Positions 46,700-61,300 of a DNA stretch of 64,000 bases are shown piece by piece. The first letter of the stretch is position 1, and each line of letters begins with the position of its first letter. The notes beneath the pieces are model-generated. The model had not been told where the DNA came from. It ran no database searches and saw only the letters and a program-made list of their open reading frames with translations. The DNA comes from Eledone cirrhosa (Eukaryota): contig OZ024742.1 in assembly GCA_964016885.1 (NCBI GenBank), positions 292,640,001 through 292,704,000 on the forward strand. The letters are read 5' to 3'. A program made the translations under genes and the position numbers.

Positions 46700-48750
46700 G
46701 TCATAAACACAACTATATTACTGAGTCAAGGTGATAGCTTAATAGATATATCTGGTCATAAACACAACTATACTGTGTCAAGGTGATAGCTTAATAGATA
46801 TATCTAGTCATAAACACAACTATATTACTGAGTCAAGGTGATAGCTTAATAGATATATCTAGTCATAAACACAACTATATTACTGAGTCAAGGTGATAGC
46901 TTAATAGATATATCTAGTCATAAACACAACTATACTGAGTCAAGGTGATAGCTTAATAGATATATCTGGTCATAAACACAACTATATTACTGAGTCAAGG
47001 TGATAGCTTAATAGATATATCTAGTCATAAACACAACTATATTACAGAGTCAAGGTGATAGCTTAATAGATATATCTAGTCATAAACACAACTATATTAC
47101 TGAGCCAAGGTGATAGCTTAATAGATATATCTAGTCATAAACACGACTATATTACAGAGTCAAGGTGATAGCTTAATAGATATATCTAGTCATAAACACA
47201 ACTATATTACTGAGTCAAGGTGATACCTTAATAGATATATCTAGTCATAAACACAACTATATTACTGAGTCAAGGTGATAGCTTAATAGATATATCTGGT
47301 CATAAACACAACTATACTTAGTCAAGGTGATAGCTTAATAGATGTATCTGGTCATAAACACAACTATACTGAGTCAAGGTGATAGCTTAATAGATATATC
47401 TAGTCATAAACACAACTATATTACTGAGTCAAGGTGATAGCTTAATAGATATATCTAGTCATAAACACAACTATATTACTGAGTCAAGGTGATAGCTTAA
47501 TAGATATATCTAGTCATAAACACAACTATATTACTGAGTCAAGGTGATAGCTTAATAGATATATCTAGTCATAAACACAACTATACTGAGTCAAGGTGAT
47601 AGCTTAATAGATATATCTGGTCATAAACACAACTATACTGAGTCAAGGTGATAGCTTAATAGATATATCTGGTTATAAACACAACTATACTGAGTCAAGG
47701 TGATAGCTTAATAGATATATCTAGTCATAAACACAACTATATTACTGAGTCAAGGTGATAGCTTAATAGATATATCTGGTCATAAACACAACTATACTGT
47801 GTCAAGGTGATAGCTTAATAGATATATCTAGTCATAAACACAACTATATTACTGAGTCAAGGTGATAGCTTAATAGATATATCTAGTCATAAACACAACT
47901 ATATTACTGAGTCAAGGTGATAGCTTAATAGATATATCTAGTCATAAACACAACTATACTGAGTCAAGGTGATAGCTTAATAGATATATCTGGTCATAAA
48001 CACAACTATATTACTGAGTCAAGGTGATAGCTTAATAGATATATCTAGTCATAAACACAACTATATTACAGAGTCAAGGTGATAGCTTAATAGATATATC
48101 TAGTCATAAACACAACTATATTACTGAGCCAAGGTGATAGCTTAATAGATATATCTAGTCATAAACACGACTATATTACAGAGTCAAGGTGATAGCTTAA
48201 TAGATATATCTAGTCATAAACACAACTATATTACTGAGTCAAGGTGATACCTTAATAGATATATCTAGTCATAAACACAACTATATTACTGAGTCAAGGT
48301 GATAGCTTAATAGATATATCTGGTCATAAACACAACTATACTTAGTCAAGGTGATAGCTTAATAGATGTATCTGGTCATAAACACAACTATACTGAGTCA
48401 AGGTGATAGCTTAATAGATATATCTAGTCATAAACACAACTATATTACTGAGTCAAGGTGATAGCTTAATAGATATATCTAGTCATAAACACAACTATAT
48501 TACTGAGTCAAGGTGATAGCTTAATAGATATATCTAGTCATAAACACAACTATATTACTGAGTCAAGGTGATAGCTTAATAGATATATCTAGTCATAAAC
48601 ACAACTATACTGAGTCAAGGTGATAGCTTAATAGATATATCTGGTCATAAACACAACTATACTGAGTCAAGGTGATAGCTTAATAGATATATCTGGTTAT
48701 AAACACAACTATACTGAGTCAAGGTGATAGCTTAATAGATATATCTAGTC
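46700..48750 (+). repeat. Tandem duplication of a 1024-bp (19-monomer) block
   Basis: GAGCC at 47105/48129 and CACGA at 47145/48169, with the same following order of GATACC, TACTTAG and GATGTA variants. Confidence 0.85.
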
Positions 48751-51700
48751 ATAAACACAACTATATTACTGAGTCAAGGTGATAGCTTAATAGATATATC
48801 TAGTCATAAACACAACTATATTACAGAGTCAAGGTGATAGCTTAATAGATATATCTAGTCATAAACACAACTATATTACTGAGCCAAGGTGATAGCTTAA
48901 TAGATATATCTAGTCATAAACACAACTATATTACAGAGTCAAGGTGATAGCTTAATAGATATATCTAGTCATAAACACAACTATATTACTGAGTCAAGGT
49001 GATACCTTAATAGATATATCTAGTCATAAACACAACTATATTACTGAGTCAAGGTGATAGCTTAATAGATATATCTGGTCATAAACACAACTATACTTAG
49101 TCAAGGTGATAGCTTAATAGATATATCTGGTCATAAACACAACTATACTGAGTCAAGGTGATAGCTTAATAGATATATCTAGTCATAAACACAACTATAT
49201 TACTGAGTCAAGGTGATAGCTTAATAGATATATCTAGTCATAAACACAACTATATTACTGAGTCAAGGTGATAGCTTAATAGATATATCTAGTCATAAAC
49301 ACAACTATACTGAGTCAAGGTGATAGCTTAATAGATATATCTGGTCATAAACACAACTATACCGAGTTAAGGTGATAGCTTAATAGATATATCTGGTCAT
49401 AAACACAACTATACTGAGTCAAGGTGATAGATTAATAGATATATCTAGTCATAAACACAACTATACTGAGTCAAGGTGATAGCTTAATAGATATATCTAG
49501 TCATAAACACAACTATATAACTGAGTCAAGGTGATAGCTTAATAGATATATCTAGTCATAAACACAACTATATTACTGAGTCAAGGTGATAGCTTAATAG
49601 ATATATCTGGTCATAAACACAACTATACTGTGTCAAGGTGATAGCTTAAAAGATATAGCTAGTCATAAACACAACTATATTACTGAGTCAAAGTGATAGC
49701 TTAATAGATATATCTAGTCATAAACACAACTATATTACTGAGTCCAGGTGATAGCTTAATAGATATATCTAGTTATAAACACAACTATACTGAGTCAAGG
49801 TGATAGCTTAATAGATATATCTGGTCATAAACACAACTATACTGAGTCAAGGTGATAGCTTAATAGATATATCTAGTCATAAACACAACTATATTACTGA
49901 GTCAAGGTGATAGCTTAATAGATATATCTAGTCATAAACACAACTATATTACTGAGTCAAGGTGATAGCTTAATAGATATATCTGGTCATAAACACAACT
50001 ATACCGAGTTAAGGTGATAGATTAATAGATATATCTGGTCATAAACACAACTATACTGAGTCAAGGTGATAGCTTAATAGATATATCTAGTCATAAACAC
50101 AACTATATTACTGAGTCAAGGTGATAGCTTAATAGATATATCTAGTCATAAACACAACTATATTACTGAGTCAAGGTGATAGCTTAATAGATATATCTGG
50201 TCATAAACACAACTATACTGAGTTAAGGTGATAGCTTAATAGATATATCTGGTCATAAACACAACTATACTGAGTCAAGGTGATAGCTTAATAGATATAT
50301 CTAGTCATAAACACAACTATTCTGAGTCAAGGTGATAGCTTAATAGATATATCTAGTCATAAACACAACTATATAACTGAGTCAAGCTGATAGCTTAATA
50401 GATATATGTAGTCATAAACACAACTTTATTACTGAGTCAAGGTGATAGCTTAATAGATATATCTAGTCATAAACACAACTATACTGTGTCAAGGTGATAG
50501 CTTAATAGATATATCTAGTCATAAACGCAACTATATTACTGAGTCAAGGTGATAGCTTAATAGATATATCTAGTCATAAACACAACTTTATTACTGAGTC
50601 AAGGTGATAGCTTAATAGATATATCTAGTCATAAACACAACTATACTGAGTCAAGGTGATAGCTTAATAGATATATCTGGTCATAAACACAACTATACTG
50701 AGTCAAGGTGATAGCTTAATAGATATATCTAGTCATAAACACAACTATATTACTGAGTCAAGGTGATAGCTTAATAGATATATCTAGTCATAAACACAAC
50801 TATATTACTGAGTCAAGGTGATAGCTTAATAGACATATCTAGTCATAAACACAACTATATTACTGATTCAAGGTGATAGCTTAATAGATATATCTAGTCA
50901 TAAACACAACTATATTACTGAGTCAAGGTGATAGCTTAATAGATATATCTGGTCATAAACACAACTCTACTGAGTCAAGGTGATAGCTTAATAGATATAT
51001 CTGGTCATAAACACAACTATACCGAGTTAAGGTGATGGCTTAATAGATATATCTGGTCATAAACACAACTATACTGAGTCAAGGTGATAGCTTAATAGAT
51101 ATATCTAGTCATAAACACAACTATACTGAGTCAAGGTGATAGCTTAATAGATATATCTAGTCATAAACACAACTATATTACTGAGTCAAGGTGATAGCTT
51201 AATAGATATATCTGGTCATAAACACAACTATACTGAGTCAAGGTGATAGCTTAATAGATATATCTGGTTATAAACACAACTATACTGAGTCAAGGTGATA
51301 GCTTAATAGATATATCTAGTCATAAACACAACTATATTACTGAGTCAAGGTGATAGCTTAATAGATATATCTAGTCATAAACACAACTATATTACTGAGT
51401 CAAGGTGATACCTTAATAGATATATCTGGTCATAAACACAACTATACTGAGTCAAGGTGATAGCTTAATAGATATATCTAGTCATAAACACAACTATATT
51501 ACTGAGTCAAGGTGATAGCTTAATAGACATATCTAGTCATAAACACAACTATATTACTGATTCAAGGTGATAGCTTAATAGATATATCTAGTCATAAACA
51601 CAACTATATTACTGAGTCAAGGTGATAGCTTAATAGATATATCTGGTCATAAACACAACTCTACTGAGTCAAGGTGATAGCTTAATAGATATATCTAGTC

Positions 51701-52389
51701 GTAAACACAACTATATAACTGAGTCAAGGTGATAGCTTAATAGATATATCTAGTCATAAACACAACTATACTGAGTCAAGGTGATAGCGTAATAGATATA
51801 TCTGGTCATAAACACAACTATACTGAGTCAAGCTGATAGCTTAATAGATATATCTGGTCATAAACACAACTATACTGAGTCAAGGTGATAGCTTAATAGA
51901 TATATCTGGTCATAAACACAACTATACCGAGTTAAGGTGATAGCTTAATAGATATATCTGGTCATAAACACAACTATACTGAGTCAAGGTGATAGCTTAA
52001 TAGATATATCTAGTCATAAACACAACTATATAACTGAGTCAAGGTGATAGCTTATTAGATATATCTAGTCATAAACACAACTATATTACTGAGTCAAGGT
52101 GATAGCTTAATAGATATATCTGGTCATAAACACAACTATACTGTGTCAAGGTGATAGCTTAATAGATATATCTAGTCATAAACACAACTATATTACTGAG
52201 TCAAGGTGATAGCTTAATAGATATATCTAGTCATAAACACAACTATATTACTGAGTCAAGGTGATAGCTTAATAGATATATCTAGTCATAAACACAACTA
52301 TATTACTGAGTCAAGGTGATAGCTTAATAGATATATCTAGTCATAAACACAACTATATTACTGAGTCAAGGTGATAGCTTAATAGATAT

Positions 52390-55300
52390 ATCTGGTCATA
52401 AACACAACTATACTGAGTCAAGGTGATAGCTTAATAGATATATCTGGTTATAAACACAACTATACTGAGTCAAGGTGATAGCTTAATAGATATATCTAGT
52501 CATAAACACAACTATATTACTGAGTCAAGGTGATAGCTTAATAGATATATCTAGTCATAAACACAACTATATTACAGAGTCAAGGTGATAGCTTAATAGA
52601 TATATCTAGTCATAAACACAACTATATTACTGAGTCAAGGTGATAGCTTAATAGATATATCTAGTCATAAACACAACTATATTACTGAGTCAAGGTGATA
52701 CCTTAATAGATATATCTAGTCATAAACACAACTATATTACTGAGTCAAGGTGATAGCTTAATAGATATATCTGGTCATAAACACAACTATACTTAGTCAA
52801 GGTGATAGCTTAATAGATATATCTGGTCATAAACACAACTATACTGAGTCAAGGTGATAGCTTAATAGATATATCTAGTCATAAACACAACTATATTACT
52901 GAGTCAAGGTGATAGCTTAATAGATATATCTAGTCATAAACACAACTATACTGAGTCAAGGTGATAGCTTAATAGATATATCTGGTCATAAACACAACTA
53001 TACCGAGTTAAGGTGATAGCTTAATAGATATATCTGGTCATAAACACAACTATACTGAGTCAAGGTGATAGCTTAATAGATATATCTAGTCATAAACACA
53101 ACTATACTGAGTCAAGGTGATAGCTTAATAGATATATCTAGTCATAAACACAACTATATAACTGAGTCAAGGTGATAGCTTAATAGATATATCTAGTCAT
53201 AAACACAACTATATTACTGAGTCAAGGTGATAGCTTAATAGATATATCTGGTCATAAACACAACTATACTGTGTCAAGGTGATAGCTTAATAGATATAGC
53301 TAGTCATAAACACAACTATATTACTGAGTCAAGGTGATAGCTTAATAGATATATGTAGTCATAAACACAACTATATTACTGAGTCAAGGTGATAGCTTAA
53401 AAAATATATCTAGTCATAAACACAACTATACTGAGTCAAGGTGATAGCTTAATAGATATATCTGGTCATAAACACAACTATATTACTGAGTCAAGGTGAT
53501 AGCTTAATAGATATATCTAGTCATAAACACAACTATATTACAGAGTCAAGGTGATAGCTTAATAGATATATCTAGTCATAAACACAACTATATGACTGAG
53601 TCAAGGTGATAGCTTAATAGATATATCTAGTCATAAACACAACTATATTACTGAGTCAAGGTGATACCTTAATAGATATATCTAGTCATAAACGCAACTA
53701 TATTACTGAGTCAAGGTGATAGCTTAATAGATATATCTGGTCATAAACACAACTATACTTAGTCAAGGTGATAGCTTAATAGATATATCTGGTCATAAAC
53801 ACAACTATACTGAGTCAAGTTGATAGCTTAATAGATATATCTAGTCATAAACACAACTATACTGAGTCAAGGTGATAGCTTAATAGATATATCTGGTCAT
53901 AAACACAACTATATTACTGAGTCAAGGTGATAGCTTAATAGATATATCTAGTCATAAACACAACTATATTACTGAGTCCAGGTGATAGCTTAATAGATAT
54001 ATCTAGTCATAAACACAACTATATTACTGAGTCAAGGTGATAGCTTAATAGATATATCTAGTCATAAACACAACTATATTACTGAGTCAAGGTGATAGCT
54101 TAATAGATATATCTGGTCATAAACACAACTATACTGAGTCAAGGTGATAGCTTAATAGATATATCTGGTTATAAACACAACTATACTGAGTCAAGGTGAT
54201 AGCTTAATAGATATATCTAGTCATAAACACAACTATATTACTGAGTCAAGGTGATAGCTTAATAGATATATCTAGTCATAAACACAACTATATTACAGAG
54301 TCAAGGTGATAGCTTAATAGATATATCTAGTCATAAACACAACTATATTACTGAGTCAAGGTGATAGCTTAATAGATATATCTAGTCATAAACACAACTA
54401 TATTACTGAGTCAAGGTGATACCTTAATAGATATATCTAGTCATAAACACAACTATATTACTGAGTCAAGGTGATAGCTTAATAGATATATCTGGTCATA
54501 AACACAACTATACTTAGTCAAGGTGATAGCTTAATAGATATATCTGGTCATAAACACAACTATACTGAGTCAAGGTGATAGCTTAATAGATATATCCAGT
54601 CATAAACACAACTATATTACTGAGTCAAGGTGATAGCTTAATAGATATATCTAGTCATAAACACAACTATACTGAGTCAAGGTGATAGCTTAATAGATAT
54701 ATCTGGTCATAAACACAACTATACCGAGTTAAGGTGAAAGCTTAATAGATATATCTGGTCATAAACACAACTATACTGAGTCAAGGTGATAGCTTAATAG
54801 ATATATCTAGTCATAAACACAACTATACTGAGTCAAGGTGATAGCTTAATAGATATATCTAGTCATAAACACAACTATATAACTGAGTCAAGGTGATAGC
54901 TTAATAGATATATCTAGTCATAAACACAACTATATTACTGAGTCAAGGTGATAGCTTAATAGATATATCTGGTCATAAACACAACTATACTGTGTCAAGG
55001 TGATAGCTTAATAGATATAGCTAGTCATAAACACAACTATATTACTGAGTCAAGGTGATAGCTTAATAGATATATGTAGTCATAAACACAACTATATTAC
55101 TGAGTCAAGGTGATAGCTTAATAGATATATCTAGTCATAAACACAACTATACTGAGTCAAGGTGATAGCTTAATAGATATATCTGCTCATAAACACAACT
55201 ATATTACTGAGTCAAGGTGATAGCTTAATAGATATATCTAGTCATAAACACAACTATATTACTGAGTCAAGGTGATAGCTTAATAGATATATCTAGTCAT

Positions 55301-58300
55301 AAACACAACTATATTACTGAGTCAAGGTGATAGCTTAATAGATATATCTAGTCATAAACACAACTATATTACTGAGTCAAGGTGATAGCTTAATAGATAT
55401 ATCTGGTCATAAACACAACTATACTGAGTCAAGGTGATAGCTTAATAGATATATCTGGTTATAAACACAACTATATTACTGAGTCAAGGTGATAGCTTAA
55501 TAGATATATCTAGTCAGAAACACAACTATATTACTGAGTCAAGGTGATAGCTTAATAGATATATCCAGTCATAAACACAACTATATTACTGAGTCAAGGT
55601 GATAGCTTAATAGATATATCTGGTCATAAACACAACTATACTGAGTCAAGGTGATAGCTTAATAGATATATCTGGTTATAAACACAACTATACTGAGTCA
55701 AGGTGATAGCTTAATAGATATATCTAGTCATAAACACAACTATATTACTGAGTCAAGGTGATAGCTTAATAGATATATCTAGTCATAAACACAACTATAT
55801 TACAGAGTCAAGGTGATAGCTTAATAGATATATCTAGTCATAAACACAACTATATTACTGAGTCAAGGTGATAGCTTAATAGATATATCTAGTCATGAAC
55901 ACAACTATATTACTGAGTCAAGGTGATACCTTAATAGATATATCTAGTCATAAACACATCTATATTACTGAGTCAAGGTGATAGCTTAATAGATATATCT
56001 GGTCATAAACACAACTATACTTAGTCAAGGTGATAGCTTAATAGATATATCTGGTCATAAACACAACTATACTGAGTCAAGGTGATAGCTTAATAGATAT
56101 ATCTAGTCATAAACACAACTATATTACTGAGTCAAGGTGATAGCTTAATAGATATATCTAGTCATAAACACAACTATATTACTGAGTCAAGGTGATAGCT
56201 TAATAGATATATCTAGTCATAAACACAACTATATTACTGAGTCAAGGTGATAGCTTAATAGATATATCTGGTCATAAACACAACTATACTGAGTCAAGGT
56301 GATAGCTTAATAGATATATCTGGTGATAAACACAACTATACCGAGGTAAGGTGATAGCTTAATAGATATATCTGGTCATAAACACAACTATACTGAGTCA
56401 AGGTGATAGCTTAATAGATATATCTAGTCATAAACACAACTATACTGAGTCAAGGTGATAGCTTAATAGATATATCTAGTCATAAACACAACTATATAAC
56501 TGAGTCAAGGTGATAGCTTAATAGATATATCTAGTCATAAACACAACTATATTACTGAGTCAAGGTGATAGCTTAATAGATATATCTGGTTATAAACACA
56601 ACTATACTGTGTCAAGGTGATAGCTTAATAGATATAGCTAGTCATAAACACAACTATATTACTGAGTCAAGGTGATAGCTTAATAGATATATGTAGTCAT
56701 AAACACAACTATATTACTGAGTCAAGGTGATAGCTTAATAGATATATCTAGTCATAAACACAACTATACTGAGTCAAGGTGATAGCTTAATAGATATATC
56801 TGGTCATAAACACAACTATATTACTGAGTCAAGGTGATAGCTTAATAGATATATCTAGTCATAAACACAACTATATTACTGAGTCAAGGTGATAGCTTAA
56901 TAGATATATCTAGTCATAAACACAACTATATTACTGAGTCAAGGTGATAGCTTAATAGATATATCTAGTCATAAGCACAACTATATTACAGAGTCAAGGT
57001 GATAGCTTAATAGATATATCTAGTCATAAACACAACTATATTACTGAGTCAAGGTGATAGCTTAATAGATATATCTAGTTATAAACACAACTATATTACT
57101 GAGTCAAGGTGATACCTTCATAGATATATCTAGTCATAAACACAACTATATTACTGAGTCAAGGTGATAGCTTAATAGATATATCTGGTCATAAACACAA
57201 CTATACTTAGTCAAGGTGATAGCTTAATAGATATATCTGGTCATAAACACAACTATACTGAGTCAAGGTGATAGCTTAATAGATATATCTAGTCATAAAC
57301 ACAACTATACTGAGTCAAGGTGATAGCTTAATAGATATATCTGGTCATAAACACAACTATATTACTGAGTCAAGGTGATAGCTTAATAGATATATCTAGT
57401 CATAAACACAACTATATTACTGAGTCAAGGTGATAGCTTAATAGATATATCTAGTCATAAACACAACTATATTACTGAGTCAAGGTGATAGCTTAATAGA
57501 TATATCTAGTCATAAACACAACTATACTGAGTCAAGGTGATAGCTTAATAGATATATCTGGTTATAAACACAACTATACTGAGTCAAGGTGATAGCTTAA
57601 TAGATATATCTAGTCATAAACACAACTATATTACTGAGTCAAGGTGATAGCTTAATAGATATATCTAGTCATAAACACAACTATATTACAGAGTCAAGGT
57701 GATAGCTTAATAGATATATCTAGTCATAAACACAACTATATTACTGAGTCAAGGTGATAGCTTAATAGATATATCTAGTCATAAACACAACTATATTACT
57801 GAGTCAAGGTGATACCTTAATAGATATATCTAGTCATAAACACAACTATATTACTGAGTCAAGGTGATAGCTTAATAGATATATCTGGTCATAATCACAA
57901 CTATACTTAGTCAAGGTGATAGCTTAATAGATATATCTGGTCATAAACACAACTATACTGAGTCAAGGTGATAGCTTAATAGATATATCTAGTCATAAAC
58001 ACAACTATATTACTGAGTCAAGGTGATAGCTTAATAGATATATCTAGTCATAAACACAACTATACTGAGTCATGGTGATAGCTTAATAGATATATCTGTT
58101 CATAAACACAACTATACCGAGTTAAGGTGAAAGCTTAATAGATATATCTGGTCATAAACACAACTATACTGAGTCAAGGTGATAGCTTAATAGATATATC
58201 TAGTCATAAACACAACTATACTGAGTCAAGGTGATAGCTTAATAGATATATCTAGTCATAAACACAACTATATAACTGAGTCAAGGTGATAGCTTAATAG

Positions 58301-61300
58301 ATATATCTAGTCATAAACACAACTATATTACTGAGTCAAGGTGATAGCTTAATAGATATATCTGGTCATAAACACAACTATACTGTGTCAAGGTGATAGC
58401 TTAATTGATATAGCTAGTCATAAACACAACTATATTACTGAGTCAAGGTGATAGCTTAATAGATATATGTAGTCATAAACACAACTATATTACTGAGTCA
58501 AGGTGATAGCTTAATAGATATATCTAGTCATAAACACAACTATACTGAGTCAAGGTGATAGCTTAATAGATATATCTGGTCATAAACACAACTATACTGA
58601 GTCAAGGTGATAGCTTAATAGATATATCTGGTTATAAACACAACTATACTGAGTCAAGGTGATAGCTTAATAGATATATCTAGTCATAAACACAACTATA
58701 TTACTGAGTCAAGGTGATAGCTTAATAGATATATCTAGTCATAAACACAACTATATTACAGAGTCAAGGTGATAGCTTAATAGATATATCTAGTCATAAA
58801 CACAACTATATTACTGAGTCAAGGTGATAGCTTAATAGATATATCTAGTCATAAACACAACTATATTACTGAGTCAAGGTGATACCTTAATAGATATATC
58901 TAGTCATAAACACAACTATATTACTGAGTCAAGGTGATAGCTTAATAGATATATCTGGTCATAAACACAACTATACTTAGTCAAGGTGATAGCTTAATAG
59001 ATATATCTGGTCATAAACACAACTATACTGAGTCAAGGTGATAGCTTAATAGATATATCTAGTCATAAACACAACTATATTACTGAGTCAAGGTGATAGC
59101 TTAATAGATATATCTAGTCATAAACACAACTATACTGAGTCAAGGTGATAGCTTAATAGATATATCTGGTCATAAACACAACTATACCGAGTTAAGGTGA
59201 TAGCTTAATAGATATATCTGGTCATAAACACAACTATACTGAGTCAAGGTGATAGCTTAATAGATATATCTAGTCATAAACACAACTATACTGAGTCAAG
59301 GTGATAGCTTAATAGATATATCTAGTCATAAACACAACTATATAACTGAGTCAAGGTGATAGCTTAATAGATATATCTAGTCATAAACACAACTATATTA
59401 CTGAGTCAAGGTGATAGCTTAATAGATATATCTGGTCATAAACACAACTATACTGTGTCAAGGTGATAGCTTAATAGATATAGCTAGTCATAAACACAAC
59501 TATATTACTGAGTCAAGGTGATAGCTTAATAGATATATGTAGTCATAAACACAACTATATTACTGAGTCAAGGTGATAGCTTAAAAAATATATCTAGTCA
59601 TAAACACAACTATACTGAGTCAAGGTGATAGCTTAATAGATATATCTGGTCATAAACACAACTATATTACTGAGTCAAGGTGATAGCTTAATAGATATAT
59701 CTAGTCATAAACACAACTATATTACAGAGTCAAGGTGATAGCTTAATAGATATATCTAGTCATAAACACAACTATATGACTGAGTCAAGGTGATAGCTTA
59801 ATAGATATATCTAGTCATAAACACAACTATATTACTGAGTCAAGGTGATACCTTAATAGATATATCTAGTCATAAACGCAACTATATTACTGAGTCAAGG
59901 TGATAGCTTAATAGATATATCTGGTCATAAACACAACTATACTTAGTCAAGGTGATAGCTTAATAGATATATCTGGTCATAAACACAACTATACTGAGTC
60001 AAGTTGATAGCTTAATAGATATATCTAGTCATAAACACAACTATACTGAGTCAAGGTGATAGCTTAATAGATATATCTGGTCATAAACACAACTATATTA
60101 CTGAGTCAAGGTGATAGCTTAATAGATATATCTAGTCATAAACACAACTATATTACTGAGTCAAGGTGATAGCTTAATAGATATATCTAGTCATAAACAC
60201 AACTATATTACTGAGTCAAGGTGATAGCTTAATAGATATATCTAGTCATAAACACAACTATATTACTGAGTCAAGGTGATAGCTTAATAGATATATCTGG
60301 TCATAAACACAACTATACTGAGTCAAGGTGATAGCTTAATAGATATATCTGGTTATAAACACAACTATACTGAGTCAAGGTGATAGCTTAATAGATATAT
60401 CTAGTCATAAACACAACTATATTACTGAGTCAAGGTGATAGCTTAATAGATATATCTAGTCATAAACACAACTATATTACAGAGTCAAGGTGATAGCTTA
60501 ATAGATATATCTAGTCATAAACACAACTATATTACTGAGTCAAGGTGATAGCTTAATAGATATATCTAGTCATAAACACAACTATATTACTGAGTCAAGG
60601 TGATACCTTAATAGATATATCTAGTCATAAACACAACTATATTACTGAGTCAAGGTGATAGCTTAATAGATATATCTGGTCATAAACACAACTATACTTA
60701 GTCAAGGTGATAGCTTAATAGATATATCTGGTCATAAACACAACTATACTGAGTCAAGGTGATAGCTTAATAGATATATCCAGTCATAAACACAACTATA
60801 TTACTGAGTCAAGGTGATAGCTTAATAGATATATCTAGTCATAAACACAACTATACTGAGTCAAGGTGATAGCTTAATAGATATATCTGGTCATAAACAC
60901 AACTATACCGAGTTAAGGTGAAAGCTTAATAGATATATCTGGTCATAAACACAACTATACTGAGTCAAGGTGATAGCTTAATAGATATATCTAGTCATAA
61001 ACACAACTATACTGAGTCAAGGTGATAGCTTAATAGATATATCTAGTCATAAACACAACTATATAACTGAGTCAAGGTGATAGCTTAATAGATATATCTA
61101 GTCATAAACACAACTATATTACTGAGTCAAGGTGATAGCTTAATAGATATATCTGGTCATAAACACAACTATACTGTGTCAAGGTGATAGCTTAATAGAT
61201 ATAGCTAGTCATAAACACAACTATATTACTGAGTCAAGGTGATAGCTTAATAGATATATGTAGTCATAAACACAACTATATTACTGAGTCAAGGTGATAG

